A stretch of 57,580 bases of DNA from Nitrospirota bacterium (GCA_016208905.1 JACQXG010000004.1:1-57580); one strand, 5' to 3'; positions 45,993-55,511 are shown, numbered from the stretch's first letter. Translations and numbers: made by a program. Notes: a model not told the origin generated them from the sequence alone.

Positions 45993-48584
45993 TTATTTTT
46001 CAATGTCTGCTTTATTTGGGTTAACTAAAAAGGGTCTCAGATTAAACTTTTTTCTTAACTTATTTAATAACAGGGCGTCATTCTTTTTGCTCATTGTACC
46101 AGGAATACGCACCTTATTGAAGCTGTTATCTTCAACGATGTAAATATCCGGATAGTGAGGTCTCAATAGCTCCAGCGTCTCCATGGCATATTTAATATTT
46201 ATCCATGCCCCGACCTGGATGTAATACTGGCTGCTCTTTTTATTAACTGCTTCTGACGCATTTGTTTTGTCCGTCAATTGATTTTGCTGCGGCTCATTGA
46301 CTTTCTCTGCAAGCGCGTCGCCTTCTGCCCTGGCATCTGCAACAGGGACAGCCTGATTATTGTCAATTACTTTAAGAGAGGAAGGGGTTTGTTCCAGCAG
46401 TATGCTGCCGGGGTCTTCACTTTTGTTATCAGGAGGTATTTTTTTTTTATCAATGCCCGGGGGAGGCAATGAGCTGTCCTCATTATTCAAGTCTGCGGAA
46501 TTACCGATATCAACGGCAGGAGCAGCCTGTTCAGCATCAGTGACCTTAAGCGTTTCGGTATTTTCTTCATGTAATAAACTGTCGGGTTTATTTAACTCTA
46601 TGTCAGGCGCCGGCTGTTTTTTATCAGTATCTTCAGCAGGTACATCCAGTTTGACTTTGTAATTCGGCTCAGCGTAAAGAACTTCCGGGACCGAAGAAAA
46701 CTCATTAATGGCATCTTCAACCTCCTGGCCGGATTTAAGTTTTATGTGGTAGACATTTATATCATCAAAATGTCTGATAACGCTGGCTTTTTTTTGTGAT
46801 ATTATGAGTAAAGCCATATCTTCCGGAACATCTTCTTTGAATTTTACGAGCAGCTCGCCCTGCCTGTAAAACTTTTCTCTTGTTACAAAATCCTTATGTT
46901 TCTCCTGCGTCATTTTTGCGATCTGAGGCGCTTCTTTAATTATATGCGGTGAGAGAAATACCAGGAGATTTGTCTTATTTTTTGATACACTTTTGAATTT
47001 AAAAAGCCATCCAAGAACGGGAATGTCTCCCAGAATGGGCACCTTGAACACGTCTTCCTGTTCCTGTTCCTGCATAAGTCCGCCGATGACAACGGTAAGC
47101 CCGTCCTTTACTACAACGGATGTTTTTGTTGAACGCTTGGTGGTGCTGGGACCGATAGTTGTGAGAATTACATCAGAGGCTTTTTCGACTGACGAGATTT
47201 CCTGAAAGATATCGAGTTTAATGTAATCTCCCTCTGATATCTGGGGAGTTATCTTTAATTTTATGCCGACGTCCGTCCTCTGAATAGAATTAAGCACTGT
47301 GCTGGTTGTGGTCACGTCACGCTCTCTCTGTGATATAAAGGGCACATTTTCGCCGACGAGGATCTCAGCTTCCTGATTATCGGAAGTAAGTATTTGGGGG
47401 GTGGAAAGGACGTTTATCGCGCGCCTGAATTCGCTCAGGCTGAAAAGCGCCGCAAAACCCGGAGATGTTAGGGTTTGTGAACTGACTGTTCCATCTGTGC
47501 CGACTGATGTTACAGGGATGTCGAGAAAGCTCCCCATCCCGCCAACTGAAAAACCGGAAAGACCGTTAATGATATTCAGAACGGTGTCTGTTCCAATATT
47601 TCCAACTCCGCCTACTGCCACAGGTTCACCTTTGTGAGTTGCCATGGCCCTCCACTTTGACCCGAGATCTCTCAGCATATCTATTCTTGCTTCAACGATC
47701 ATTGCCTCAACAAATACCTGTTTTCTCTTCTTATCAAGTGTCTTGATTACCTGAACAATGTTCTCATAATCAGATGGAGGCGCAATAATTACAAGTGAAT
47801 TGGTTGCCTTGTCCGGTGTGACATTTAATACCGGAACTGCTGAAGCATCTCCGCCTTTTTGGGCCATGCGGCCATTTTTTACGGCTGTCTGTAAATTTTT
47901 TATTATTCCCTGCAAAACCTCCGACAAATCTGTTGCATCGGCATGTTCCAGGAAATAGACATGAATACTGGCCTCTTCTTCCCTTATCGAAGGTTTATCA
48001 ATCAGACTGAGGATGGACATGATTTTATTGATAGTTACGGCAGAATCAACTGCGAGCAGCATATTGTGAGGACCAAAAGAAGACAGGTGCCCGTCTTTTG
48101 AAATGACGGGACGGATAAACTGTAACGCCTCTTCTGCTTTGATATTGTCAACAGGGATAAGCTTTGTAATATAACCTTCATTGACAGGAAGTATTGCGTT
48201 AGTAGAGATTATTCCTTCCTGCTTTGCAAGGGAAGAGGGGATGATTTTATAAGTATTTGGCCCTGAAGGAATTATAGTGAAGCCTTTAAGACTGAGTACT
48301 GATGTGAAGAGATTAAAAGACTCCTCTACAGTCAGCTTTGTCGGGGCTATTATAGTGATAGTTCCCTTTATTCTTTCATCAAACAGGAAATTGTCGCCCG
48401 TAATTTCGCTGATAAACTTGATTAATGTAGAGATTTCAACATCCACAAAATTGAAGGCAATTCTGGGTTCGGCCTGTCCCTCTGATTGCCCCTGATTATT
48501 ATTGCCTGCTATTGACAGAGAAGAGAATACGGTCATCACAAAGATGATAGAATACAACACAATAGACAGTTTAATAATTTTCAT
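45993..48584 (-). CDS. gspD: Type II secretion secretin GspD with C-terminal propeptide-like and SPOR extensions
   Basis: FNFVDVEI (N0), LEHADA...DKATNSLVI (N3), QVFVEAMIVE, NVLSTPQILTSDNQEA, DVGIKLKITPQI, KVPILGDIPVLGWLF; about 300 extra C-terminal residues. Confidence 0.92.
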   Translation of the reverse strand: MKIIKLSIVLYSIIFVMTVFSSLSIAGNNNQGQSEGQAEPRIAFNFVDVEISTLIKFISEITGDNFLFDERIKGTITIIAPTKLTVEESFNLFTSVLSLKGFTIIPSGPNTYKIIPSSLAKQEGIISTNAILPVNEGYITKLIPVDNIKAEEALQFIRPVISKDGHLSSFGPHNMLLAVDSAVTINKIMSILSLIDKPSIREEEASIHVYFLEHADATDLSEVLQGIIKNLQTAVKNGRMAQKGGDASAVPVLNVTPDKATNSLVIIAPPSDYENIVQVIKTLDKKRKQVFVEAMIVEARIDMLRDLGSKWRAMATHKGEPVAVGGVGNIGTDTVLNIINGLSGFSVGGMGSFLDIPVTSVGTDGTVSSQTLTSPGFAALFSLSEFRRAINVLSTPQILTSDNQEAEILVGENVPFISQRERDVTTTSTVLNSIQRTDVGIKLKITPQISEGDYIKLDIFQEISSVEKASDVILTTIGPSTTKRSTKTSVVVKDGLTVVIGGLMQEQEQEDVFKVPILGDIPVLGWLFKFKSVSKNKTNLLVFLSPHIIKEAPQIAKMTQEKHKDFVTREKFYRQGELLVKFKEDVPEDMALLIISQKKASVIRHFDDINVYHIKLKSGQEVEDAINEFSSVPEVLYAEPNYKVKLDVPAEDTDKKQPAPDIELNKPDSLLHEENTETLKVTDAEQAAPAVDIGNSADLNNEDSSLPPPGIDKKKIPPDNKSEDPGSILLEQTPSSLKVIDNNQAVPVADARAEGDALAEKVNEPQQNQLTDKTNASEAVNKKSSQYYIQVGAWINIKYAMETLELLRPHYPDIYIVEDNSFNKVRIPGTMSKKNDALLLNKLRKKFNLRPFLVNPNKADIEK

Positions 48585-48627
48585 GAATATTTCCTTGCCT
48601 GATGCTTACAGCAAATGATATAAGGGC

Positions 48628-48662
48628 TTATCAATTATCAATTATAGAGTGTCAATTGTCAA
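48628..48662. repeat. Degenerate 7-bp tandem repeat (5 units) between gspC and gspD
   Basis: TTATCAA TTATCAA TTATAGA GTGTCAA TTGTCAA. Confidence 0.55.
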
Positions 48663-48680
48663 ATATTAAACATTAAATCA

Positions 48681-49583
48681 CTATCTTATTTCATAAGTCA
48701 TGGACGAGTTCTTCCCGTCTCTGATTATATCAAGATTTACCCTGTTCATACCCCTAAGTGCGGACATTGCCTGAATTGCAACTTCAGGGTTTGATATTTC
48801 AAGTCCGTTTATCCTTAACAGGGTATCTCCGTTTACTAGTCCCAGACTGTGATAAAGTCCGTCTGGAACGACTTCGCTGATTTTAAATCCTTCCTGCCTG
48901 CCGTTTACGAAATTAGGCAAAAGCCGCGCGTCCGTCAATATCTGTTCCGGATTCTCAAGTGATTTCTGGACCCTTCTGCGGTCAAGGATATATTGTTTAT
49001 CACTGACCTTTCTGGCAAATGACGCTTCGGATGCAGCAGCTTGACTGTCCTGATGCTGCTCTGCCCCGGCGCTGGTTTTTTCAAGTGGCATTGTAAGTGT
49101 ATAAGTAATGGAATCCTGCCTTATTTCAACAGATGAACTGCTAATTTTATTTAATATGCCATAATTATAAACTGCTTCCTTATACGCAAAAATTTCCTGT
49201 CCTATGGTCTTGGATTTGTCCTGAATAATTGCGTAACTGAGTTTGTCCGGGCCCACAACTGTGCCTACGAGAAGCAAGTCCGATAGAGAGCCGTATGGTT
49301 TTTCCGAATCCTGCTTCACTGCAACAGGATGAAGTTTCATGGGGCGGCCGAAGGGGTTCTTTTCCAGGATAACAGAATACTGCATGATGTCTTCTTTCAT
49401 TTTATTGGTTAATGAGTTATTTGCAGAGACATCATGAGGAACTTCTGTTTTTGAGAAAGAAGTACCGATGATATTCCGGATCAGGAGGAGGATTGAGAAT
49501 AGAATAAGCACAGCAAGAATGTAGTTAAAAAAACGGAAAGTTTTTAATGAATTTTCGAGCATTTTATCTAGTAGATTAAACAA
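48681..49583 (-). CDS. gspC: Type II secretion protein GspC with PDZ domain
   Basis: N-terminal TM, NPFG, LLLVGTVVG..YAII (HR domain), ARLLP...GFKI...GLVNGDTLLRING (PDZ); start uncertain. Confidence 0.88.
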   Translation of the reverse strand: MFNLLDKMLENSLKTFRFFNYILAVLILFSILLLIRNIIGTSFSKTEVPHDVSANNSLTNKMKEDIMQYSVILEKNPFGRPMKLHPVAVKQDSEKPYGSLSDLLLVGTVVGPDKLSYAIIQDKSKTIGQEIFAYKEAVYNYGILNKISSSSVEIRQDSITYTLTMPLEKTSAGAEQHQDSQAAASEASFARKVSDKQYILDRRRVQKSLENPEQILTDARLLPNFVNGRQEGFKISEVVPDGLYHSLGLVNGDTLLRINGLEISNPEVAIQAMSALRGMNRVNLDIIRDGKNSSMTYEIR

Positions 49584-49671
49584 TTACCTGGTTACTGTCA
49601 ATAATTTGAAACCAGGGACCATACGCTCAATCTCTGCATTATTTGGGTTGATCGAGCTGCAAATAGCTAAT

Positions 49672-50460
49672 TTATATTTTTGCTTCTTTCAAAGCTTCTC
49701 CACAGGGACATTCTCTTTCATCAGGAATCAGCTTAAATGTTTCTTCCAGCAGACGTTTAAGCTTTTCCGTAGTATCTTTCATTGCTTCCATAACTTCTGC
49801 TACAGTGAGTTTTCTTTTACTTATTCCTGCGGCATAGTTTGCCACTACAGACAGTCCCGAATAACATATTTCCAGTTCTCTCGCGAGTGACGCTTCGGGC
49901 ATTCCCGTCATTCCAACAACATCGGCGCCAAGTATGCTGAAACTCTTTATTTCCGACGCGGTCTCGAGTCTTGGCCCTTCAACTGCCGCGTAAGTCCCCC
50001 CGTTTTTTAAAGAGACTTTAACATTCCTGCCGGCTTTCTGTAATATCTTTCGGAGTTCAGGACAGTAAGGTTCAGTAAAATCAATGTGTACAACACCATC
50101 TTCTCCATCATAGAACGTGGATTTTCTGTTCCTGGTCAAATCCAGAATCTGGTCCAATATAACTATATCTCCTGGTCTCAATCCTTTTTTAATACCGCCG
50201 ACTGCACTTATAGACAGAATTCTTTCAGCGCCAAGTTTTTTGAATCCCCAGATATTTGCTCTGTAATTAATTTTATGAGGAGGAATATCATGGCGCTTCC
50301 CATGACGGGGAAGAAAAATGATTTCAGTATTGCCGATTTCACCCAAAAGATAATGATCGGAGGGTTTACCGAAGGGGGTAGTAACTGTTTTTCTCTTTTT
50401 TAAAACGAGCCCCTTCATATCATACAAGCCGCTTCCGCCTATTACGCCTATTTTTGACAT
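49672..50460 (-). CDS. mtnP: MTAP/PNP-family phosphorylase, probably 6-oxopurine (methylthioinosine-type) specific
   Basis: IGVIGGSGLY, TPFGKPS, RHG..H.IPPH.INYRANI, EGPRLETASE, VGMTGMPEA; ANYAAG instead of TDYD. Confidence 0.88.
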   Translation of the reverse strand: MSKIGVIGGSGLYDMKGLVLKKRKTVTTPFGKPSDHYLLGEIGNTEIIFLPRHGKRHDIPPHKINYRANIWGFKKLGAERILSISAVGGIKKGLRPGDIVILDQILDLTRNRKSTFYDGEDGVVHIDFTEPYCPELRKILQKAGRNVKVSLKNGGTYAAVEGPRLETASEIKSFSILGADVVGMTGMPEASLARELEICYSGLSVVANYAAGISKRKLTVAEVMEAMKDTTEKLKRLLEETFKLIPDERECPCGEALKEAKI

Positions 50461-50573
50461 GATGTCCTCCTTTTGTGTTTAATAGAACAGAATCTTGTAT
50501 AGCATTATACTATTTGTACAGATTAAGTAATTAAGTAATATTAATAGAAAGGATCCAAGGGGTCAAGGGGCTA

Positions 50574-51965
50574 ATGAAAAGAATCTCTGATGATCTGATA
50601 ACGCAAATTCTCAGGAAGTCTCTGTCAAATGGCGGTGATTACGCAGATGTTTTTATTGAACAGGAAAGACCTCTGTCAATACAGCTTGAGGATGACAAGA
50701 TAGAAAAGCTGTCATCAGGGGTTGATTGCGGAATCGGGGTAAGGGTAATTTTCGGCGATAAATCTGCTTATGCGTACAGCAATGATTTTTCAGAGGGTTC
50801 TTTATTTGGTATTGCTGAGACTGTAAGCAGGGCGGTTAAGGGGAAAACATCCGGTGAACTGACATTTGATTTAAGAAAACTCAGGCCGTCAGTTGATTTT
50901 AAAATAAAACACAATCCTGCAGATATTGCTATAAAGGAAAAAATTTCGCTGATAGAAAATTCAAACAGGGCTGCAAGAGGTGTCAGTCCGAAAATTAAAC
51001 AGGTATCAATTGTATACAGGGATTCCATCCAGAATATATGCATTGCATCTTCGGACGGGACCATTGCAGAAGACGAACGCATTTATACACTGGCCCTTAT
51101 ACAGGTGATTGCCGCAGAAGGAGATGTATTACAGACCGGATACGAACCTGTTGGAGGATTTGTGGGCTTTGAACTGTTTGAAGCCTCGCCTTTTGAAGAA
51201 ATAGCGCTTAAGGCAGCGCAGAAGGCAGTAACGCTGTTAAGCGCCAGAAAAGCTCCGGGAGGGAAAATTCCGGTAATAATCTCAGCTGAAGCCGGCGGCA
51301 CAATGATTCATGAAGCCATAGGACATGGTTTAGAGGCTGATCTGGTCCAGCAGGGACTGTCAGTATACACAGATAAAATAGGAGAGCAGATAGCATCACC
51401 ACTGGTTACAATTATTGATGACGCGACGCTTCCTAATAAGAGGGGATCATTCAGATTTGATGACGAAGGCATAATGGCGCAGAGGACTGTTCTGGTGGAG
51501 CGAGGCGTTTTGAAAGGATATTTGTACGATAGATTAAGTGCAATGAAAGCAAATGTTTCATCAACAGGAAATGGGAGGCGGCAGTCATATAAGGACAGGC
51601 CGATTCCAAGGATGAGCAATACTTTTATTGCCCCTGGAGAAGAAGACCCCGAAAAGATAATACGATCAGTTGATAAAGGATTTCTTGTCAGGAAAATGGG
51701 GGGAGGACAGGTCAATACTGTAACAGGAGAATTTGTTTTTGAGGTATCTGAGGGATTTCTGATTGAAAAAGGACTAATCGGAGAACCTGTAAGAGGCGCT
51801 ACGCTTATCGGGAATGGACCTGATGTTCTGAAGTCCATAGATATGGTAGGAAATGATATTGGTTTTGCTATAGGTACATGTGGAAAAGATGCACAGGGGG
51901 TCCCTGTTTCAGATGCAATGCCTACTGTCAGAATTCCCGAAATGGTTGTCGGAGGAGAGGTATGA
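50574..51965 (+). CDS. tldD: TldD family metalloprotease
   Basis: HEAIGHGLEAD, DDEG, TGNGRRQSY...PRMSNT, GGGQV, CGKDAQGVPV. Confidence 0.93.
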   Translation: MKRISDDLITQILRKSLSNGGDYADVFIEQERPLSIQLEDDKIEKLSSGVDCGIGVRVIFGDKSAYAYSNDFSEGSLFGIAETVSRAVKGKTSGELTFDLRKLRPSVDFKIKHNPADIAIKEKISLIENSNRAARGVSPKIKQVSIVYRDSIQNICIASSDGTIAEDERIYTLALIQVIAAEGDVLQTGYEPVGGFVGFELFEASPFEEIALKAAQKAVTLLSARKAPGGKIPVIISAEAGGTMIHEAIGHGLEADLVQQGLSVYTDKIGEQIASPLVTIIDDATLPNKRGSFRFDDEGIMAQRTVLVERGVLKGYLYDRLSAMKANVSSTGNGRRQSYKDRPIPRMSNTFIAPGEEDPEKIIRSVDKGFLVRKMGGGQVNTVTGEFVFEVSEGFLIEKGLIGEPVRGATLIGNGPDVLKSIDMVGNDIGFAIGTCGKDAQGVPVSDAMPTVRIPEMVVGGEV

Positions 51966-52061
51966 ATAATGTGGGCTAAGTTGTGCAGAATAGAGACACT
52001 GTAGATGTAATTATGATACATCTGTAAATTTTATCCCCTTGATTTTAAATAATATTCAGGT

Positions 52062-52077
52062 TGGTATTTAATTTGCT
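52062..52077 (+). promoter_or_regulatory. Sigma-54 (-24/-12) promoter upstream of lpxC
   Basis: TGGTAT-TTAAT-TTGCT; palindrome GATGTA-N7-TACATC at 52004-52022 upstream. Confidence 0.65.
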
Positions 52078-52091
52078 TATAATTAGAAATT

Positions 52092-52985
52092 ATGCGACTC
52101 CAGAATACACTAAGAAATGAAATATTTATCAGCGGTCTTGGTCTTCATACCGGATTAAACATTAATATGAGACTCAGGCCCGCACCGTGCAATACGGGTG
52201 TGGTTTTCATAAGGACGGACAAGGGAAATGTAAGAATAAAAGCCAGCGTAAGTTCTGTTTCCGATACGACATTCGCTACAACTCTTGCATCTGAAGGCGT
52301 TAAGATCGGGACAGTTGAACACCTTCTGGCTTCTTTTGCAGGTCTTGGTATTGATAATGTGCTTGTTGAAATCGACGGACCTGAAGTACCGATAATGGAT
52401 GGCAGTTCATTACATTTTGTATCCAGGATAATGGAAGCCGGCATTTCAAAACAGGAAAAAGTTGTGTCTTATTTAAAAATATTGGCTCCGATTGTAGTTA
52501 TGGAAGGACATAGCCAGATTGCAGTCACACCATATGACGGGACCAGAATTACATATCGTCTTTTTTATACGCATCCTGCATTTGGAGAACAGAAAATGGG
52601 CATTGATATATCTGCAATGAAATTTGTAAATGAACTTGCGCCTGCCCGGACCTTTGGCTTTTTGAGGGATGTTGAGATGCTGAAATCCAGGGGGTTGGCT
52701 CAAGGAGGTTCTCTGGATAATGCAATCGTATTGGGTGAAAAGGAAGTCATTAATGGCGGTAAACTCAGATTTGAGGATGAATTTGTCAGACATAAAATCC
52801 TCGATGCTGTCGGCGATATTTCATTGATCGGTTTACCAATATATGGACATTTTATTGCAAACAAGTCGGGACATACTTTGAACGTTAAGCTGCTCAAGAA
52901 AATACTTTTATATAGAGAAGCATGGGAAATTGTTACTCCATCCGTAGTTAAATCTACAACTTCAGAATTTGCTGCGCAAGTTTAG
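52092..52985 (+). CDS. lpxC: UDP-3-O-acyl-N-acetylglucosamine deacetylase
   Basis: GLGLHTG, TVEHLL, EVPIMDGS, APARTFGF, GGSLDNAIV, EFVRHKILDAVGD, SGH. Confidence 0.97.
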   Translation: MRLQNTLRNEIFISGLGLHTGLNINMRLRPAPCNTGVVFIRTDKGNVRIKASVSSVSDTTFATTLASEGVKIGTVEHLLASFAGLGIDNVLVEIDGPEVPIMDGSSLHFVSRIMEAGISKQEKVVSYLKILAPIVVMEGHSQIAVTPYDGTRITYRLFYTHPAFGEQKMGIDISAMKFVNELAPARTFGFLRDVEMLKSRGLAQGGSLDNAIVLGEKEVINGGKLRFEDEFVRHKILDAVGDISLIGLPIYGHFIANKSGHTLNVKLLKKILLYREAWEIVTPSVVKSTTSEFAAQV

Positions 52986-53127
52986 AAAATAAAACTCACG
53001 CAGTAAACAGTAAATATCCCGAAGTTATAGAAACAATCCCGTCGTTAAATCCGGTATCTCTCAGGGCATTCACATCCTGGCTGAATAAGTTAGTGAAAGT
53101 CTGCGGCAAAAAGTTATTATAGTATTC

Positions 53128-54081
53128 ATGCGGGCCCTTGTATTTAATAAAAAATTAGAATATGTAACTGACTATCCCGTGCCCGAACCAAAAGAGAATG
53201 AGGCTTTAATCAGGATCACTCATGCCGGAATCTGCAATACTGATATTGAGATTACCAGGGGATATATGGATTTTAAGGGCGTACTCGGCCATGAATTTAC
53301 AGGAATAGTTGAGAAGTGCAGCAACAATAAACTGATAGGGAAAAGGGTTGCAGGAGAGATAAATCTCGGATGCGGGAAATGTTTATACTGCCGTAATCAA
53401 ATGCAGAACCACTGTCCCGGCCGATCCGTTCTCGGTATATTGAATAAGGACGGAGTTTTTGCAGATTATATTACACTGCCTGTCGGTAATCTGCATGAGA
53501 TACCAAAATCCATTTCAGAAGAAGAAGCAGTTTTTATAGAGCCTCTGGCTGCTGCATATGAAATAATTAAGCAGATCAATATTTCATCTTCGGATAAAGT
53601 CTGTGTATTGGGAGACGGGAAACTGGGCCTTCTTGTCTCGCAGGCGCTTGCGACAACCGGAAGTAAGCTCACTGCAGTAGGCAAGCACCGTGAAAAGCTT
53701 TCCATCCTTGATAAGACAGGCATTAAAACTATATTGAAAGCGAAATTCAGGGAGAGAGATTTTGATATGGTTGTTGACTGTACAGGTTCTCCTTCGGGAA
53801 TCAAAACAGCCCTTAAGATCGTGAGGCCTGGAGGGAAAATTGTTCTTAAGACAACAATAGCTGAAAAAAGTCAGATTGATCTGAATCAGTTTGTTATAAA
53901 TGAGATCAGCCTGATAGGCTCCCGATGCGGCCCGTTTCCGGACGCAATAAAGGCAATCAAGTCAGGAAAGATAGATCTTTATCCGCTTATCAGCGATGTA
54001 TTCTCGATTGAGGATGGGAAAAAGGCGTTTAAGCAGGCGGCAAAAAAAAATGCTCTCAAAGTCATTCTGAAGATAAATTAA
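53128..54081 (+). CDS. Zinc-dependent medium-chain dehydrogenase/reductase
   Basis: GICNTD, GHEF, CGKCLYC...HC, EPLAAA, GDGKLG, GSRCGPF. Confidence 0.92.
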   Translation: MRALVFNKKLEYVTDYPVPEPKENEALIRITHAGICNTDIEITRGYMDFKGVLGHEFTGIVEKCSNNKLIGKRVAGEINLGCGKCLYCRNQMQNHCPGRSVLGILNKDGVFADYITLPVGNLHEIPKSISEEEAVFIEPLAAAYEIIKQINISSSDKVCVLGDGKLGLLVSQALATTGSKLTAVGKHREKLSILDKTGIKTILKAKFRERDFDMVVDCTGSPSGIKTALKIVRPGGKIVLKTTIAEKSQIDLNQFVINEISLIGSRCGPFPDAIKAIKSGKIDLYPLISDVFSIEDGKKAFKQAAKKNALKVILKIN

Positions 54082-55177
54082 TGTCCCATGTATCTGATTT
54101 TTCAAGTGACTTTAAGAAAGCATCCACAACCCGAGAATCAAATTGCGTACCCTTATATTTATCGAACTCGCTCAAAGCATATTTAATGCCCGGAGCAGGT
54201 CTGTAAGGCCTGTCGGACGTCATTGAATCAAAGGAATCTGCCACATGCAGAATTCTTGCGCCAAGCGGGATTCTCTGGCCCTTTAATTTTTGAGGATAAC
54301 CGTTGCCGTCAAGTTTTTCATGATGGTATTTAATAAAAGGTATTATGTCCCGCAGTTGTTTTATTTCTTTAAGAATATCCGCGCCCTGCTCAGGATGCTT
54401 CTTAACAATGTCAAACTCTTCTTTTGTAAGTGTCCCCGGTTTATCAAGAAGATAGTCGTAAGTTCCTATTTTCCCTATGTCATGAAGCAGTCCTGCGAGT
54501 TTAATATCTTTTATTTCATCTTCGTCAATTAACATTTCCTTTGCTATTTGTTCCGCATATGTCGATACTCTTTCGGAATGCCCCTTTGTCCATGGACTTT
54601 TTGCATCAAGGGCATTGACCATGACGAGTATAAGTTTTAAAAAGAGCTCCTCAAGTTCTTTGTATGACTCACTGATATCTTCAAGCATATTGAGAAAGGC
54701 GTCCCGTCCTTTCTGCGCCCCCGTTTCCCTTGCTTTTAGCTCGTTTATCGAACCGGCGTATATATCAATAAGTTCATTGCTGTTTTTTTCATTTTCTTTT
54801 TGGTCCGTGATATCTAAGACCGAATGGATGGTGCCTATTAAATTATTGTCTTTAAATACAGGCGCTGTATTCATTATGAGATACTTGCCAAGATGAGGCT
54901 CGTAGATTTCTCTTTGCTCATTTCTGCAATTCTTTAGTGTAGCTGTCATTGGGCAATTCTTAATGGGGCTGTTAATATTATGAAACAAATGGTAGCATTT
55001 AGCATTCTGTAACCTGACAGTATTCCCCAGTAAATTTCTCGCGGCATTATTAAACATTACAACATTAAAATCTGTATCTATAATAATTACGGAATAGGGC
55101 AGGGTATCAATAAGCACCTGCCAGTTCTTTGCGTATTCTTCAAGTTTAACGGTATGTTCTATTTTTTTATTAAGCAA
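54062..55177 (-). CDS. PAS-HD-GYP cyclic di-GMP phosphodiesterase
   Basis: PAS; ALDAKSPWTKGHSERV, LLHDIGKI, HHEKLDGNGYP, VADSFDSMTSDRPYR; 3' end overlaps the MDR gene. Confidence 0.9.
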   Translation of the reverse strand: MLNKKIEHTVKLEEYAKNWQVLIDTLPYSVIIIDTDFNVVMFNNAARNLLGNTVRLQNAKCYHLFHNINSPIKNCPMTATLKNCRNEQREIYEPHLGKYLIMNTAPVFKDNNLIGTIHSVLDITDQKENEKNSNELIDIYAGSINELKARETGAQKGRDAFLNMLEDISESYKELEELFLKLILVMVNALDAKSPWTKGHSERVSTYAEQIAKEMLIDEDEIKDIKLAGLLHDIGKIGTYDYLLDKPGTLTKEEFDIVKKHPEQGADILKEIKQLRDIIPFIKYHHEKLDGNGYPQKLKGQRIPLGARILHVADSFDSMTSDRPYRPAPGIKYALSEFDKYKGTQFDSRVVDAFLKSLEKSDTWDINLSSE

Positions 55178-55511
55178 TGTCGATTTCTTTATTATCAGAC
55201 AGATGTTTATTCAGTCTCTTTATTTCCTTCTTCAGTTCTTTCATTCTTAATTCCCGGCCGATGGCCATAGCATAAAATCTTTCCAGATCATCTACTTTCC
55301 TTCTAAGCTCCTCCTCTGATACTTTTATCCTGTGCCGGGCATTTTTTAGCTCAGTAACATCAGTTGCTATTATAACGGATTTTATAAGATTTTCTTTATC
55401 ATCCTGGATCGTAAGGTGGCTTATATACAGGTAACGTCCTGCCTCTGTTTCCAGTTCGCTTTTAGATAACACTTCCCGTAATTCATCCTCGCAATATGTA
55501 AATGAGAGGAC
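55170..55511 (-). pseudogene. N-terminally truncated PAS/PAC plus coiled-coil protein (possibly a short functional gene from GTG 55472)
   Basis: Encodes only the PAC half (IIATDVTELK) and tail LERFYAMAIGRELRMKELKKEI; frame closed by TAA at 55512-55514; overlaps the HD-GYP start. Confidence 0.5.

Noticed and set aside
51308-52021. 237-aa minus-strand ORF
   Set aside because: Antisense shadow of tldD with Ser/Pro/Thr-rich composition typical of that frame.
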